Assembly (NCBI GenBank): GCA_037446635.1
Contig: JBBIIG010000046.1
Coordinates: 1 to 31,780 of the forward strand
Source of the DNA: a bacterium
GTDB lineage: Bacteria > Zhuqueibacterota > Zhuqueibacteria > Oceanimicrobiales > Oceanimicrobiaceae
Reading direction: 5' to 3'
Length of the DNA: 31,780 nt
The translations under genes were made by a program, and so were the position numbers. Below, one piece after another: positions 18,534 to 27,030 of this stretch; position 1 is the first letter of the stretch, and every line of letters starts with the position of its first letter. The notes below the pieces were generated by a model. That model saw only the letters and a list, made by a program, of their open reading frames with translations, made no database searches and had not been told where the DNA came from.

Positions 18534-19258
18534 AAGAGGTCAGTGTTAAAAAGAAAAAGAAATTTTATGAAGGCAAGGCCAAAATTCTCTACGAAACCGA
18601 CGACGAGAATGTGCTGATTCAGGAGTTCAAAAACGACGCCACCGCCTTCGACGGCAAAAAGAAGGGCGCCATCAAAGGCAAGGGGGCGATTAACAATCAA
18701 ATCTCGGCACATCTGTTCACGTTTTTAGAAAGCTATCACATTCCCACCCACTTCATCAAAGTTCAGTCCGACGCCGCTATGGCGATCAAAAGACTGAATA
18801 TGATACCTCTGGAAGTGGTGGTGCGCAACATCGCTACGGGCAGCTACGTGAAGCGCTTCAACGTGAAAGAGGGCAAGCCGTTCGAGCAGCCGGTGATCGA
18901 GTTTTTCCTGAAGGACGACGCCAAACACGACCCGATCATTTCCAAAGATGAAATACTGGCGTCGGCGTTGGTGACGCCGGAGGAGCTGCGGATGATTGAA
19001 CGCTACGCGCAAAAAGTCAACGCGGTGCTCAAAGCATTTTTTGCCCGCCGCGACATCGTGCTGGTGGATTTCAAGCTCGAGTTCGGCCGCACCAAAAACG
19101 GCAAAATTATTTTAGCCGATGAAATTTCTCCGGACACCTGCCGCCTGTGGGACGCCAAGAGCGGCGAGAAGATGGACAAAGATCGCTTCCGCCACGATCT
19201 CGGCAAAGTCGAGGAGGCCTATCAGGAAGTGCGCCGCCGGGTTTTCAAAGAGTCATAA
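18530..19258 (+). CDS. purC: SAICAR synthase
   Basis: YEGKAK, DATAFDG, PLEVVVRN, LVDFKLEFG, ADEISPDTCRLWD, DKDRFR. Confidence 0.97.
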   Translation: MKEVSVKKKKKFYEGKAKILYETDDENVLIQEFKNDATAFDGKKKGAIKGKGAINNQISAHLFTFLESYHIPTHFIKVQSDAAMAIKRLNMIPLEVVVRNIATGSYVKRFNVKEGKPFEQPVIEFFLKDDAKHDPIISKDEILASALVTPEELRMIERYAQKVNAVLKAFFARRDIVLVDFKLEFGRTKNGKIILADEISPDTCRLWDAKSGEKMDKDRFRHDLGKVEEAYQEVRRRVFKES

Positions 19259-19264
19259 GAGGAT

Positions 19265-19915
19265 ATGAGCAAAGAAGGAATTGGGACTGTTCTCGGCGCA
19301 TTTTTGTTCACGGCGGTGCTGATCGTGGGGGCGCTGCTGACGCCCTACCTCCATCTCACCGTGTTGGCCGGGGTTTTCGCGGCGCTCACGCTGCTGCTGA
19401 TCTATTTCTTTCGCGATCCCCAGCGCGTGATTCCGCCGGGCGAGCATTTGGTGCTCTCGCCGGCGGACGGCAAGGTGATTGAGATCGTCGAAGAAAATGA
19501 ACACGAATATTTGCAAGCGCTGGCGACGCGCGTCAGCATCTTTCTTTCAGTGTTCGATGTGCACGTCAACCGCGTTCCCATTTCGGGGGTGGTGGGACAT
19601 TTTCGTTATCAGCGCGGCTCGTTCGCGCCGGCGTTCAAGAGCGAGGCTTCGGCGGTCAACGAGCAGACGGTCATCGGCATCGAAAACCAAACCCGTAAGA
19701 TTTTGTTCAAACAAATTGCTGGCATTTTGGCGCGCCGCATCGTTTGCCATCTGCGCCAAGGGCATGTGGTAACGCGCGGCGAGCGTTTCGGCATCATCAA
19801 ATTTGGATCGCGCGTCGATATTTTTTTACCCAAAAGCTGTGAAGTAAGGGTAAGCTTAAATCAAAAAGTCAGAGGCGGCGAAAGTGTCATAGGAGTATTC
19901 AATGAGGATACCTAA
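19265..19915 (+). CDS. psd: Phosphatidylserine decarboxylase proenzyme (short type)
   Basis: FFRDP.R, SPADGKV, FLSVFDVHVNR, QIAG.LARRI, KFGSRVD cleavage motif. Confidence 0.95.
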   Translation: MSKEGIGTVLGAFLFTAVLIVGALLTPYLHLTVLAGVFAALTLLLIYFFRDPQRVIPPGEHLVLSPADGKVIEIVEENEHEYLQALATRVSIFLSVFDVHVNRVPISGVVGHFRYQRGSFAPAFKSEASAVNEQTVIGIENQTRKILFKQIAGILARRIVCHLRQGHVVTRGERFGIIKFGSRVDIFLPKSCEVRVSLNQKVRGGESVIGVFNEDT

Positions 19916-20645
19916 ACGAAACATCGTTCCCAGCTTGTTCACCATGCTGAATTTGTTTTTTGGATTTTTTGCCATCGTGCATGCGCTGCGGGAAAATTAC
20001 GTCGCTGCATCGTGGTTGATTATCGTTGCCGCTATTTGGGACGTGGTGGACGGCCGCATCGCGCGCCTGACCAACAGCCCCAGCGAGTTCGGCATCGAAT
20101 TCGACTCCCTCGCCGACGTGGTGTCGTTCGGTGTGGCGCCAGCGATTTTAATTTATCAAAGCTTTTTCTATAAATTGGGCCCGGTCGGCGTCATTCTCAG
20201 TTTCTTGCCGCTGCTGTTCGGCGCGATTCGGCTGGCGCGCTTCAACGTCAGCGTGGACAGTTTTGAAAAAGAAAACTTCACTGGCCTGCCCACTCCTGCC
20301 ACCGCGCTGACGCTGGCATCTTACGTTATTTTCAATTACGATCTCTGGGAAGGATTGAAATTTGGCCCGCTGCTCATTCCCATGGTTTTGTTGTTGAGTT
20401 TTCTGATGGTCAGCAACATCGAGTACCAGACCATGCCGAAATTCTCGTTTCGCGTCAATCGCAAAAACAGCATCCAATTCATGCTGCTTATTTTGGGCGT
20501 GACCGTGATTTTGATCTTCCGCGAAAAGATTCTGTTCCCGCTGGTTTTTGGATTTGTGTTGTTTTATCTCGGGCGCGGGATTTTACATTATTTGCGGGAG
20601 GACGAAGAAGAGGAAGAAGCGTTCGATATCTCGATTTTAGATTAA
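19902..20645 (+). CDS. pssA: CDP-diacylglycerol--serine O-phosphatidyltransferase
   Basis: DVVDGRIAR...SEFGIEFDSLADVVSFGVAP, RLARFN, FTGLP. Confidence 0.95.
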   Translation: MRIPKRNIVPSLFTMLNLFFGFFAIVHALRENYVAASWLIIVAAIWDVVDGRIARLTNSPSEFGIEFDSLADVVSFGVAPAILIYQSFFYKLGPVGVILSFLPLLFGAIRLARFNVSVDSFEKENFTGLPTPATALTLASYVIFNYDLWEGLKFGPLLIPMVLLLSFLMVSNIEYQTMPKFSFRVNRKNSIQFMLLILGVTVILIFREKILFPLVFGFVLFYLGRGILHYLREDEEEEEAFDISILD

Positions 20646-20651
20646 TCGACT

Positions 20652-20682
20652 GATGCGACTCATTTCAAAAATGAGTCGCATC
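20652..20682. repeat. Perfect 14-bp inverted repeat (REP-like)
   Basis: GATGCGACTCATTT-CAA-AAATGAGTCGCATC between pssA and purS; no U-tract. Confidence 0.75.
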
Positions 20683-20694
20683 TAAAACGTGCTT

Positions 20695-20970
20695 ATGATC
20701 GAAGCCAGAATCTACGTCACCCTCAAAAGCGGCATCTTGGACCCGCAGGGTAAAACCGTGCAGCAAGCGCTGGAGAATTTGGGTTTTGCGCAAATCCGCG
20801 GCGTGCGAGTGGGGAAACTCATCGAGCTGCAATTTGCAGAGGAAGTCAGCCGCGAAGAGGCCGAGCGTTTGACCATTGATGCCTGCAAGAAGCTGCTTGC
20901 TAATCCGGTGATCGAAGATTACCGTTTCGAACTGGCTTTGAACGCCAACCAACAGGGTGCAGGCTCATGA
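20695..20970 (+). CDS. purS: FGAM synthase subunit PurS
   Basis: [28 protein letters not shown]. Confidence 0.95.
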   Translation: MIEARIYVTLKSGILDPQGKTVQQALENLGFAQIRGVRVGKLIELQFAEEVSREEAERLTIDACKKLLANPVIEDYRFELALNANQQGAGS

Positions 20971-21668
20971 AATTCGGAGTGATCGTTTTTCCCGGCTCTA
21001 ATTGCGATCACGACTGTTACCACGTTTTGCAGAACGTCTTTCAGCAGCCGACGGAATTCATCTGGCACAAAGACGACGATCTTAAAAATTGCGACGCGCT
21101 TGTTTTGCCGGGGGGATTTTCTTATGGCGACTACCTGCGCACCGGCGCCATCGCTCGCTTTTCGCCGGTGATGAACGCAGTGGTGGAATTTGCCGCCGCC
21201 GGCGGCCTCGTGGTTGGCATTTGCAACGGCTTTCAAATTTTGTGCGAGGCCGGCCTGCTGCCGGGCGCGCTGATGCGCAACGCCAGCCGGCGTTTTGTGT
21301 GCAAGTTTATTCACGTGCGAGTAGAAAATAATACGTCAGAGTTTACGAATGCTTGCGGCGAAAAAGAAATACTAAAGATACCGGTGGCGCACGCAGAAGG
21401 TTTGTACTACGCCGACGCGAATACGTTACGGCAACTCAATCAACACCAACAAATTCTTTTTCGCTATTGCAATGATCGCGGCGAGCTCACTCCCGCGGCC
21501 AATCCCAACGGCTCGCTGGAGAACATTGCCGGCATCATGAACCGCGCCGGCAATGTTATGGGGATGATGCCGCACCCCGATCGCTGCGCCGAAGAAATTT
21601 TGAACTCTGCCGACGGCGCCAAAATTTTTGCATCGATCCTAAACTGGGCAACACCGATGGCAGCATGA
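20967..21668 (+). CDS. purQ: FGAM synthase glutaminase subunit PurQ
   Basis: [40 protein letters not shown]. Confidence 0.96.
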   Translation: MKFGVIVFPGSNCDHDCYHVLQNVFQQPTEFIWHKDDDLKNCDALVLPGGFSYGDYLRTGAIARFSPVMNAVVEFAAAGGLVVGICNGFQILCEAGLLPGALMRNASRRFVCKFIHVRVENNTSEFTNACGEKEILKIPVAHAEGLYYADANTLRQLNQHQQILFRYCNDRGELTPAANPNGSLENIAGIMNRAGNVMGMMPHPDRCAEEILNSADGAKIFASILNWATPMAA

Positions 21669-21736
21669 TTCCAGAACCGCAGGCGGTAGTGGAATGGAGC
21701 GCAATGACTTCTATTTATTAAAGAGGAGTGGAGGAG

Positions 21737-22000
21737 ATGGCAACGCATTCATTTGGCCGCATTGTTTTGGTCATTATTTTGGGAGCGATGATCGGCACCT
21801 TGTTTGGAAAACTGATCGGGCTGGTTTTGCCGGACGGCGTGGTGAGAGAATTTTTTTTGAACGAGGCCAGTTTTGCGGTGGGGCCGGCGAACTTCGACGC
21901 GGGCTTGTTCGGCATCACCCTGGGGTTCAAAATTACCCTTAACATCGTTGGGCTTCTGGGGGTGGGCCTGGCTATTTATCTTTTGCGCTGGTATTTTTGA
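21737..22000 (+). CDS. DUF4321-like small membrane protein
   Basis: [22 protein letters not shown]...[16 protein letters not shown] pattern; GAGGAG SD. Confidence 0.7.
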   Translation: MATHSFGRIVLVIILGAMIGTLFGKLIGLVLPDGVVREFFLNEASFAVGPANFDAGLFGITLGFKITLNIVGLLGVGLAIYLLRWYF

Positions 22001-22046
22001 GTTTCTGCCTTCGGTTATTTTGGATTCATTTTCAGGAGATTGTTTT

Positions 22047-22280
22047 ATGGGCACAATCGGGATGCAAGAATTGTTGGTTATTTTTCTTATCGTTTTGCTG
22101 CTCTTCGGATCGAAGCGCTTGCCAGAGTTGGCGCGCGGCCTGGGGAAAGGCCTCAGCGAATTCAAAAAGGCCGCTAACGATCTGAAAAGCGAGCTGGATT
22201 TGAGCGACGTTGAACGAGACGTCAAGAAAGAGGTGAATGAATTGAACAACGTGCAGCGAATTAAGAAACCGGAAAATTGA
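22047..22280 (+). CDS. tatA: Twin-arginine translocase TatA/TatE family subunit (copy 1)
   Basis: [46 protein letters not shown]. Confidence 0.92.
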   Translation: MGTIGMQELLVIFLIVLLLFGSKRLPELARGLGKGLSEFKKAANDLKSELDLSDVERDVKKEVNELNNVQRIKKPEN

Positions 22281-22299
22281 CTAAACTTGGAGATCGGCT

Positions 22300-22491
22300 A
22301 TGCCAATCGGAATGACAGAGATTCTGCTTATTCTTTTTATTATTCTGCTTCTGTTCGGCGCCAAAAAACTGCCGGAGTTGGCCAGAGGATTGGGGCGGAG
22401 TTTGAAAGAATTTAAGGACGCCACCCGCGAAGGCGCTGAAAATCAGAACAAATCTCAAATCGAAACGCCGCAAAAAAAAGAGTCAACCTGA
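22300..22491 (+). CDS. tatA: Twin-arginine translocase TatA/TatE family subunit (copy 2)
   Basis: [39 protein letters not shown]. Confidence 0.92.
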   Translation: MPIGMTEILLILFIILLLFGAKKLPELARGLGRSLKEFKDATREGAENQNKSQIETPQKKEST

Positions 22492-22503
22492 ATCGGAGGG
22501 AAG

Positions 22504-23928
22504 TTGGAGTTTTCGAAGTCGACTTTCACCCGCGCGCGCGCGCGGCTCGCCCGCGGCGAAACCACCTGCCAAACTCTGGTCAAGCATTCTCTCTCTAAAA
22601 TAAATGAAGGCGCCGACCTCAACGCCTTCATTTCTGTTTTTGGGGAACGGGCTTTGCGCCAGGCCGAACAGGTGGACGCGAAGCTGCACGAGAACCGCGC
22701 CGGCAAATTGGCCGGGCTGGTTTTGGCGGTGAAAGATATCATCGCCATCAAAGATCAGCGGCTCACCTGCGGCTCGCGCATTTTGGAAAATTTCATCTCG
22801 CCGTACGACGCCACCGTCATCCAAAAATTAGAAGCCGAAGACGCCATCATCATTGGCAAAACCAACCTGGATGAATTTGCCATGGGCAGCTCCAACGAAA
22901 ATTCTTACTTCGGCCCGGTGAAAAATCCCCACGATCACGAACGCGTGCCGGGCGGTTCCTCCGGCGGTTCGTGCGCCGCGGTGGCCGCGGAGATGGTGAT
23001 GGCGGCGCTGGGCACCGACACCGGCGGTTCCATTCGCCAGCCGGCGTCGTTTTGCGGCGTGGTGGGCTTGAAGCCCACGTATGGCCGGGTCTCCCGTTTT
23101 GGATTGGTGGCGTTCGCCTCGTCGCTGGATCAAATCGGCCCCATCGCCCATTCCGTCGAAGATGCCGCGCGTCTTCTTGAAGTGATGGCCGGCCGCGATG
23201 AGCGCGACGCCACCTCCGCGCCAGCGGCGGTTCCGCCATTCTCCAAAGCGCTGACTCAAAACGTCAAGGGACTGCGTGTTGGTCTCCCAGTGGAATATTT
23301 CGGCGAGGGCTTGGATGATGAAATTCGCGCCGTCCTCGACGCGACGAAGGCAAAGTTAAAACAGGGCGGGGCGAAGTTGGTCGAGGTCGCGCTGCCGCAC
23401 ACGGAATACGCCATTGCCGCCTACTACATTCTCGCCACCGCGGAAGCCTCCGCGAACCTGGCGCGCTACGACGGCGTCCGCTATGGTTTTCGCGCCGAGG
23501 GAGTAAAAGATTTGGAGGAGATGTACGTTCAAACCCGCAGCCAGGGCTTTGGCGAGGAAGTGAAGCGGCGGATCATGTTGGGAACCTACGCGCTCTCCGC
23601 CGGCTACTACGACGCCTATTATCGCAAAGGCCAGCAGGCGCGCACGCTCATCAAACAGGATTTTGAGCGCGCGTTTGCCGCCTGCGATTGCTTGCTGACG
23701 CCGACCACGCCCACCACCGCATTTAAATTGGGAGAAAAAACCGACCCGCTGCAAATGTACCTCTCGGATGTTTACACCGTGTCCGTTAATTTAGCCGGCC
23801 TGCCGGCGCTGTCCGTGCCGTGCGGGTTCGACTCAAAAAAATTGCCGGTTGGCGCGCAAATCATCGGCCGGCCGTTTGACGAGGAGACGATTTTGAGGGT
23901 GGGGGATTATATTGAGAGGAATGTCTAA
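22504..23928 (+). CDS. gatA: Asp/Glu-tRNA amidotransferase subunit A
   Basis: GKTNLDEFAMGSSNE, PGGSSGGS, GTDTGGSIRQPA, NLARYDGVRYG, EVKRRIMLGTY, DPLQMYLSD. Confidence 0.97.
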   Translation: MEFSKSTFTRARARLARGETTCQTLVKHSLSKINEGADLNAFISVFGERALRQAEQVDAKLHENRAGKLAGLVLAVKDIIAIKDQRLTCGSRILENFISPYDATVIQKLEAEDAIIIGKTNLDEFAMGSSNENSYFGPVKNPHDHERVPGGSSGGSCAAVAAEMVMAALGTDTGGSIRQPASFCGVVGLKPTYGRVSRFGLVAFASSLDQIGPIAHSVEDAARLLEVMAGRDERDATSAPAAVPPFSKALTQNVKGLRVGLPVEYFGEGLDDEIRAVLDATKAKLKQGGAKLVEVALPHTEYAIAAYYILATAEASANLARYDGVRYGFRAEGVKDLEEMYVQTRSQGFGEEVKRRIMLGTYALSAGYYDAYYRKGQQARTLIKQDFERAFAACDCLLTPTTPTTAFKLGEKTDPLQMYLSDVYTVSVNLAGLPALSVPCGFDSKKLPVGAQIIGRPFDEETILRVGDYIERNV

Positions 23929-24135
23929 GTGGCGCTCAATAAAGACCAGCGAAAGAAGGCAGCCGATATTTTCGAAAAACTCGGCGTCACAGTGTTGATT
24001 GCCTCGATAGGCGACATAATCGTTAGTAAGCTTTCAGATGCCAGAATTTATTGGGACATCTCCGGGCTTTTTTTGGGTGTAACTTTACTGGTGCTTTCAA
24101 TTATTATCTTAGGAGGTACACGATATGACGAGTAG
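23929..24135 (+). CDS. Small hypothetical membrane protein (68 aa, 2 hydrophobic segments)
   Basis: GTG start immediately after gatA stop; AT-richer composition. Confidence 0.6.
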   Translation: MALNKDQRKKAADIFEKLGVTVLIASIGDIIVSKLSDARIYWDISGLFLGVTLLVLSIIILGGTRYDE

Positions 24136-24235
24136 CATGTTCATTGCTTTGGCGGGGATGATTTTTGTGATTTTTGCGCTTGTTGTTCTATATATTGATC
24201 GCAAAGGTCGAAAAACATCCACCAAAAAAAATTAG
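24125..24235 (+). CDS. Small single-TM protein (36 aa), absent from ORF track
   Basis: AGGAGGT SD at 24111-24117, then MTSSMFIALAGMIFVIFALVVLYIDRKGRKTSTKKN*. Confidence 0.6.
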   Translation: MTSSMFIALAGMIFVIFALVVLYIDRKGRKTSTKKN

Positions 24236-24305
24236 ACTCGATGCTAAAAATCAATTGCCGTACAATGGGAGTACTTTAGCCGTCTTGGGTGCGCGACAAA
24301 AACGC

Positions 24306-24334
24306 TTGCTTTTCTAAACCTGATCGACTAATTT
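24306..24334 (+). promoter_or_regulatory. Possible sigma70-like promoter for gdhA
   Basis: TTGCTT-N17-TAATTT. Confidence 0.4.
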
Positions 24335-24382
24335 TGCCGCACGATTCGACGGGCAATTTTTAACCAACAAAAGGGCACACGT

Positions 24383-25801
24383 ATGGCCGCTCATAAACTC
24401 TCCTTCTTTGAAACCGTTTTGACATTTTTTGATAAGGCCGCCGCTTACACCAATCACCCCAAAGGCCTCCTCGATCAAATCAAATACTGCAACAGCGTTT
24501 ATACATTTAAATTTCCGCTAAAAAAAGAAGACGGCTCCATTGAAATCATTCAGGCTTTTCGGGTGGAACATAGCCATCACCAGTTGCCGGTGAAGGGCGG
24601 CATTCGCTACAGCGAAGTGACCACCGAAGACGAAGTGAAGGCGCTGGCCGCGCTGATGACGTACAAATGCGCCATTGTTGATGCCCCGTTTGGCGGCGCA
24701 AAAGGCGGGGTCAAAATCGAGCCGCGCAAATATTCCGTGAACCAGTTGGAGCGCATCACCCGGCGTTACACCGCCGAGTTGGTGAAGAAAAATTTCATCG
24801 GCCCCGGCGTGGACGTGCCGGCGCCGGATTACGGCACCGGGCCGCGCGAAATGGCGTGGATTGTGGATACCTACAGCGCGTTTCATCCCGGACAAATCGA
24901 CGCCAGCGCTTGCGTCACCGGCAAGCCCATTGAGCAGGGCGGCATCCACGGGCGGGTGGAGGCCACCGGCCGCGGCGTTTATTTCGGCGTGCGCCACGCG
25001 CTTTCCCACGCCGAAGATTTAAAGCCGCTAGGGCTGACCCCCGGCGTGGAAGGCAAACGCGTGGTGGTGCAGGGACTTGGCAACGTGGGCTACTACGCCG
25101 CGCGATTTTTTGAGGACGCCGGCGCGCGCGTGGTGGCGATTGCCGAATACGACGGCGCCATTTACAATCCCGAAGGCCTGGACGTGGCCGCGGTTCAAAA
25201 ACACCGGCAGGAAAGCGGCTCGATTTTGAATTTTCCGAAAGCAAAAAATTTTTCCGCCAGCAAAGAGGCGCTCGAATACGAGTGCGACATTTTAGTGCCG
25301 GCGGCGCTGGAGCGGCAAATCACCGACGAAAATGCGCCGCGCATCAAAGCCAAAATCATTGCGGAAGGCGCCAACGGTCCGGTGACCGCCGAGGCCGAAG
25401 AGATTCTCAAAAAGAAGGGAGTGCTGATTATCCCGGACATGTTTTTAAACGCCGGCGGCGTGACCGTCTCTTATTTTGAATGGCTGAAAAACCTCAGCCA
25501 CGTGAAATTCGGACGCATGAGCAAGCGTTTTGAAGAAGCCTCCAACCTCTCTTTTCTGAACGCGATGGAACACATGACCGGCAAGCAGCTCACGCCCGAA
25601 GAACGCAGCCGCATCGCCCGCGGCGCCGACGAGATCGATCTCGTTAACTCCGGCTTGGAAGAAACGATGATCACCGCTTACGAGAACATTCGCGACACCA
25701 AGCTGCGCACCAAAGGCGTGCCGGATTTGCGCACCGCGGCGTATGTTTTATCCATCAACAAAATTGCCGTGGCGTACATGCAGTTGGGAATTTTCCCGTG
25801 A
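24383..25801 (+). CDS. gdhA: Glutamate dehydrogenase (Glu/Leu/Phe/Val dehydrogenase family)
   Basis: [57 protein letters not shown]. Confidence 0.93.
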   Translation: MAAHKLSFFETVLTFFDKAAAYTNHPKGLLDQIKYCNSVYTFKFPLKKEDGSIEIIQAFRVEHSHHQLPVKGGIRYSEVTTEDEVKALAALMTYKCAIVDAPFGGAKGGVKIEPRKYSVNQLERITRRYTAELVKKNFIGPGVDVPAPDYGTGPREMAWIVDTYSAFHPGQIDASACVTGKPIEQGGIHGRVEATGRGVYFGVRHALSHAEDLKPLGLTPGVEGKRVVVQGLGNVGYYAARFFEDAGARVVAIAEYDGAIYNPEGLDVAAVQKHRQESGSILNFPKAKNFSASKEALEYECDILVPAALERQITDENAPRIKAKIIAEGANGPVTAEAEEILKKKGVLIIPDMFLNAGGVTVSYFEWLKNLSHVKFGRMSKRFEEASNLSFLNAMEHMTGKQLTPEERSRIARGADEIDLVNSGLEETMITAYENIRDTKLRTKGVPDLRTAAYVLSINKIAVAYMQLGIFP

Positions 25802-25805
25802 GTTT
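25697..25805 (+). repeat. Direct repeat copy 1 (gdhA 3' end, 109 bp)
   Basis: Matches 26385-26493 with 2 substitutions; offset 688 bp. Confidence 0.97.
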
Positions 25806-25832
25806 AAACCATATTTTTCGGGGAGTTAAAAG

Positions 25833-26036
25833 ATGCTAAAAACGATTTGGGCTGTTGCAAAAGAGGGAAAGTTTGAACCTCTTGAAGAGATTGAAGCGGC
25901 AGATGGCACGAAGGTCCTCGTGACTTTAATCGAAGAGTATGATACAAAATTCTGGTTGAAAGCAAGCCAATCTTCGCTTGATGCCATTTGGAATAATTCA
26001 GAAGATGATGTCTATGAACAGCTACTTCAAAAATGA
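25833..26036 (+). CDS. Putative antitoxin for the downstream PemK/MazF toxin
   Basis: 67 aa, acidic C-terminus (SLDAIWNNSEDDVYEQLL) overlapping the toxin start; GGAG SD. Confidence 0.7.
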   Translation: MLKTIWAVAKEGKFEPLEEIEAADGTKVLVTLIEEYDTKFWLKASQSSLDAIWNNSEDDVYEQLLQK

Positions 26037-26347
26037 TGTTGTTTTAGTCCGCTATCCTTTCTCGGACTTAACCAGTTCAAAAATCAGGCCAGCGGTTATT
26101 GTAAGTTCTCCGCACATTTCGATGGATTTTATAATAGTTCCGCTTACCAGCAAGACTCAAACTCTTTTCTCCGGGGAGTTTCTCCTATCTAACTGGCGTC
26201 AATCAGGGTTGAACGTTGAGTCCCGCAGTTAAACGTGGTGTTTACACAGTTCATCAAAATTTGATTATCCGGAAAGTTGGAAAACTCACCAAAGCTGACT
26301 CCGAGAGTCTGGAGAATTCGTTGCGCGAATGGTTGGGGTTCAACTAA
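26014..26347 (+). pseudogene. PemK/MazF family toxin, frameshifted
   Basis: DVVLVRYPFSDLTSSKIRPAVIVS..VPLTS motif. An extra C in TCCC (26221-26224) gives an early stop at 26232; the shifted frame continues AVKRGVYTVHQNLIIRKVGKL...LREWLGFN* to 26347. Confidence 0.85.
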
Positions 26348-26384
26348 TAACTTGCGAGACGGTGTAATGTCCTAAACTTCGAAA

Positions 26385-26493
26385 ACCAAGCTGCGCACCA
26401 AAGGCGTGCCGGATTTGCGCACCGCGGCGTACGTTTTATCCATCAACAAAATTGCCGTGGCGTACATGCAGTTGGGGATTTTCCCGTGAGTTT
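26385..26493 (+). repeat. Direct repeat copy 2: orphan gdhA 3' fragment including stop codon
   Basis: Encodes [34 protein letters not shown], identical to GdhA; only TAT>TAC and GGA>GGG differ. Confidence 0.97.
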
Positions 26494-26510
26494 TATTTTG
26501 GGAGAAAATC

Positions 26511-26696
26511 ATGCACAACGTAAAAGAAGAAGCTATAAAACTAATTCAGCAGTTGAGTGATGATTGCACGTATGAGGACATCCAATATCACCTCTACGTA
26601 AAGCAGAAAGTTATGCGTGGTTTGAAAGCCCTTGAAGAAGGACGCTACATTAGCCACGAAGAGGTAAAACAAAAACTTTCTAAGTGGTTGAAGTGA
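26511..26696 (+). CDS. Putative antitoxin for RelE/ParE toxin
   Basis: KEEAIKLIQQL.DDCT.EDIQYHLYV.QKV.RGL..LEEGR.ISHEEVK..L.KW pattern; overlaps toxin gene. Confidence 0.78.
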   Translation: MHNVKEEAIKLIQQLSDDCTYEDIQYHLYVKQKVMRGLKALEEGRYISHEEVKQKLSKWLK

Positions 26697-27028
26697 TCAA
26701 ACGACGAAGGGAGAAGTGGCGATTAATCTGGACGGATCCAGCGGTGGAGAGTCTGTCTGAAATAGTCGAATTTATTAGTCGAGACTCCGAATATTATGCA
26801 GCCAATGTGGCCAAAGGTATCTATGAAACAGCCGAGAATCTTACTCTATTTCCTTTAATGGGAAGAACCGTACCTGAATTTAATCGAGAGGACTTCAGAG
26901 AACTCTTTTATCAATCCTATCGAATTATTTACAAAGTAGAATCTGACCGTATTGCCGTGTTGACCATTGTCCATTGCAGCCGTGATTTGTTGGCGTTGGC
27001 GCGCAGAGAATCCTGGGAGATTGGCTGA
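26684..27028 (+). CDS. RelE/ParE family type II toxin
   Basis: IWTDPA..SL.EI.EFI.RDS..YA, L..FP.MGR.VPE, RELFYQSYRIIY, VLTIVH.SR. Confidence 0.88.
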   Translation: MVEVIKRRREKWRLIWTDPAVESLSEIVEFISRDSEYYAANVAKGIYETAENLTLFPLMGRTVPEFNREDFRELFYQSYRIIYKVESDRIAVLTIVHCSRDLLALARRESWEIG

Positions 27029-27030
27029 TA

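Noticed and set aside
20652..20682. Intrinsic terminator or PurR operator
   Set aside because: No U-tract, lies within a co-directional run, and does not match the PurR boxes I know; kept as a REP-like repeat.
22047..23928. Tandem tatA genes without tatC, and gatA without gatB/gatC
   Set aside because: Dispersed tat and gat genes are common; not evidence of a novel system.
25697..26493. Prophage/ICE att sites or CRISPR
   Set aside because: Only two copies of a coding-derived repeat; no integrase, phage or cas genes, and no repeat-spacer periodicity.
26684..26730. Apparent 10-aa insertion at the ParE N-terminus (KRRREKWRLI)
   Set aside because: In frame, no repeat signature; start-site or natural N-terminal variation explains it.
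25806..27030. Classical integron cassette array
   Set aside because: No intI and no convincing attC (RYYYAAC...GTTRRRY) structures seen around the TA pairs.
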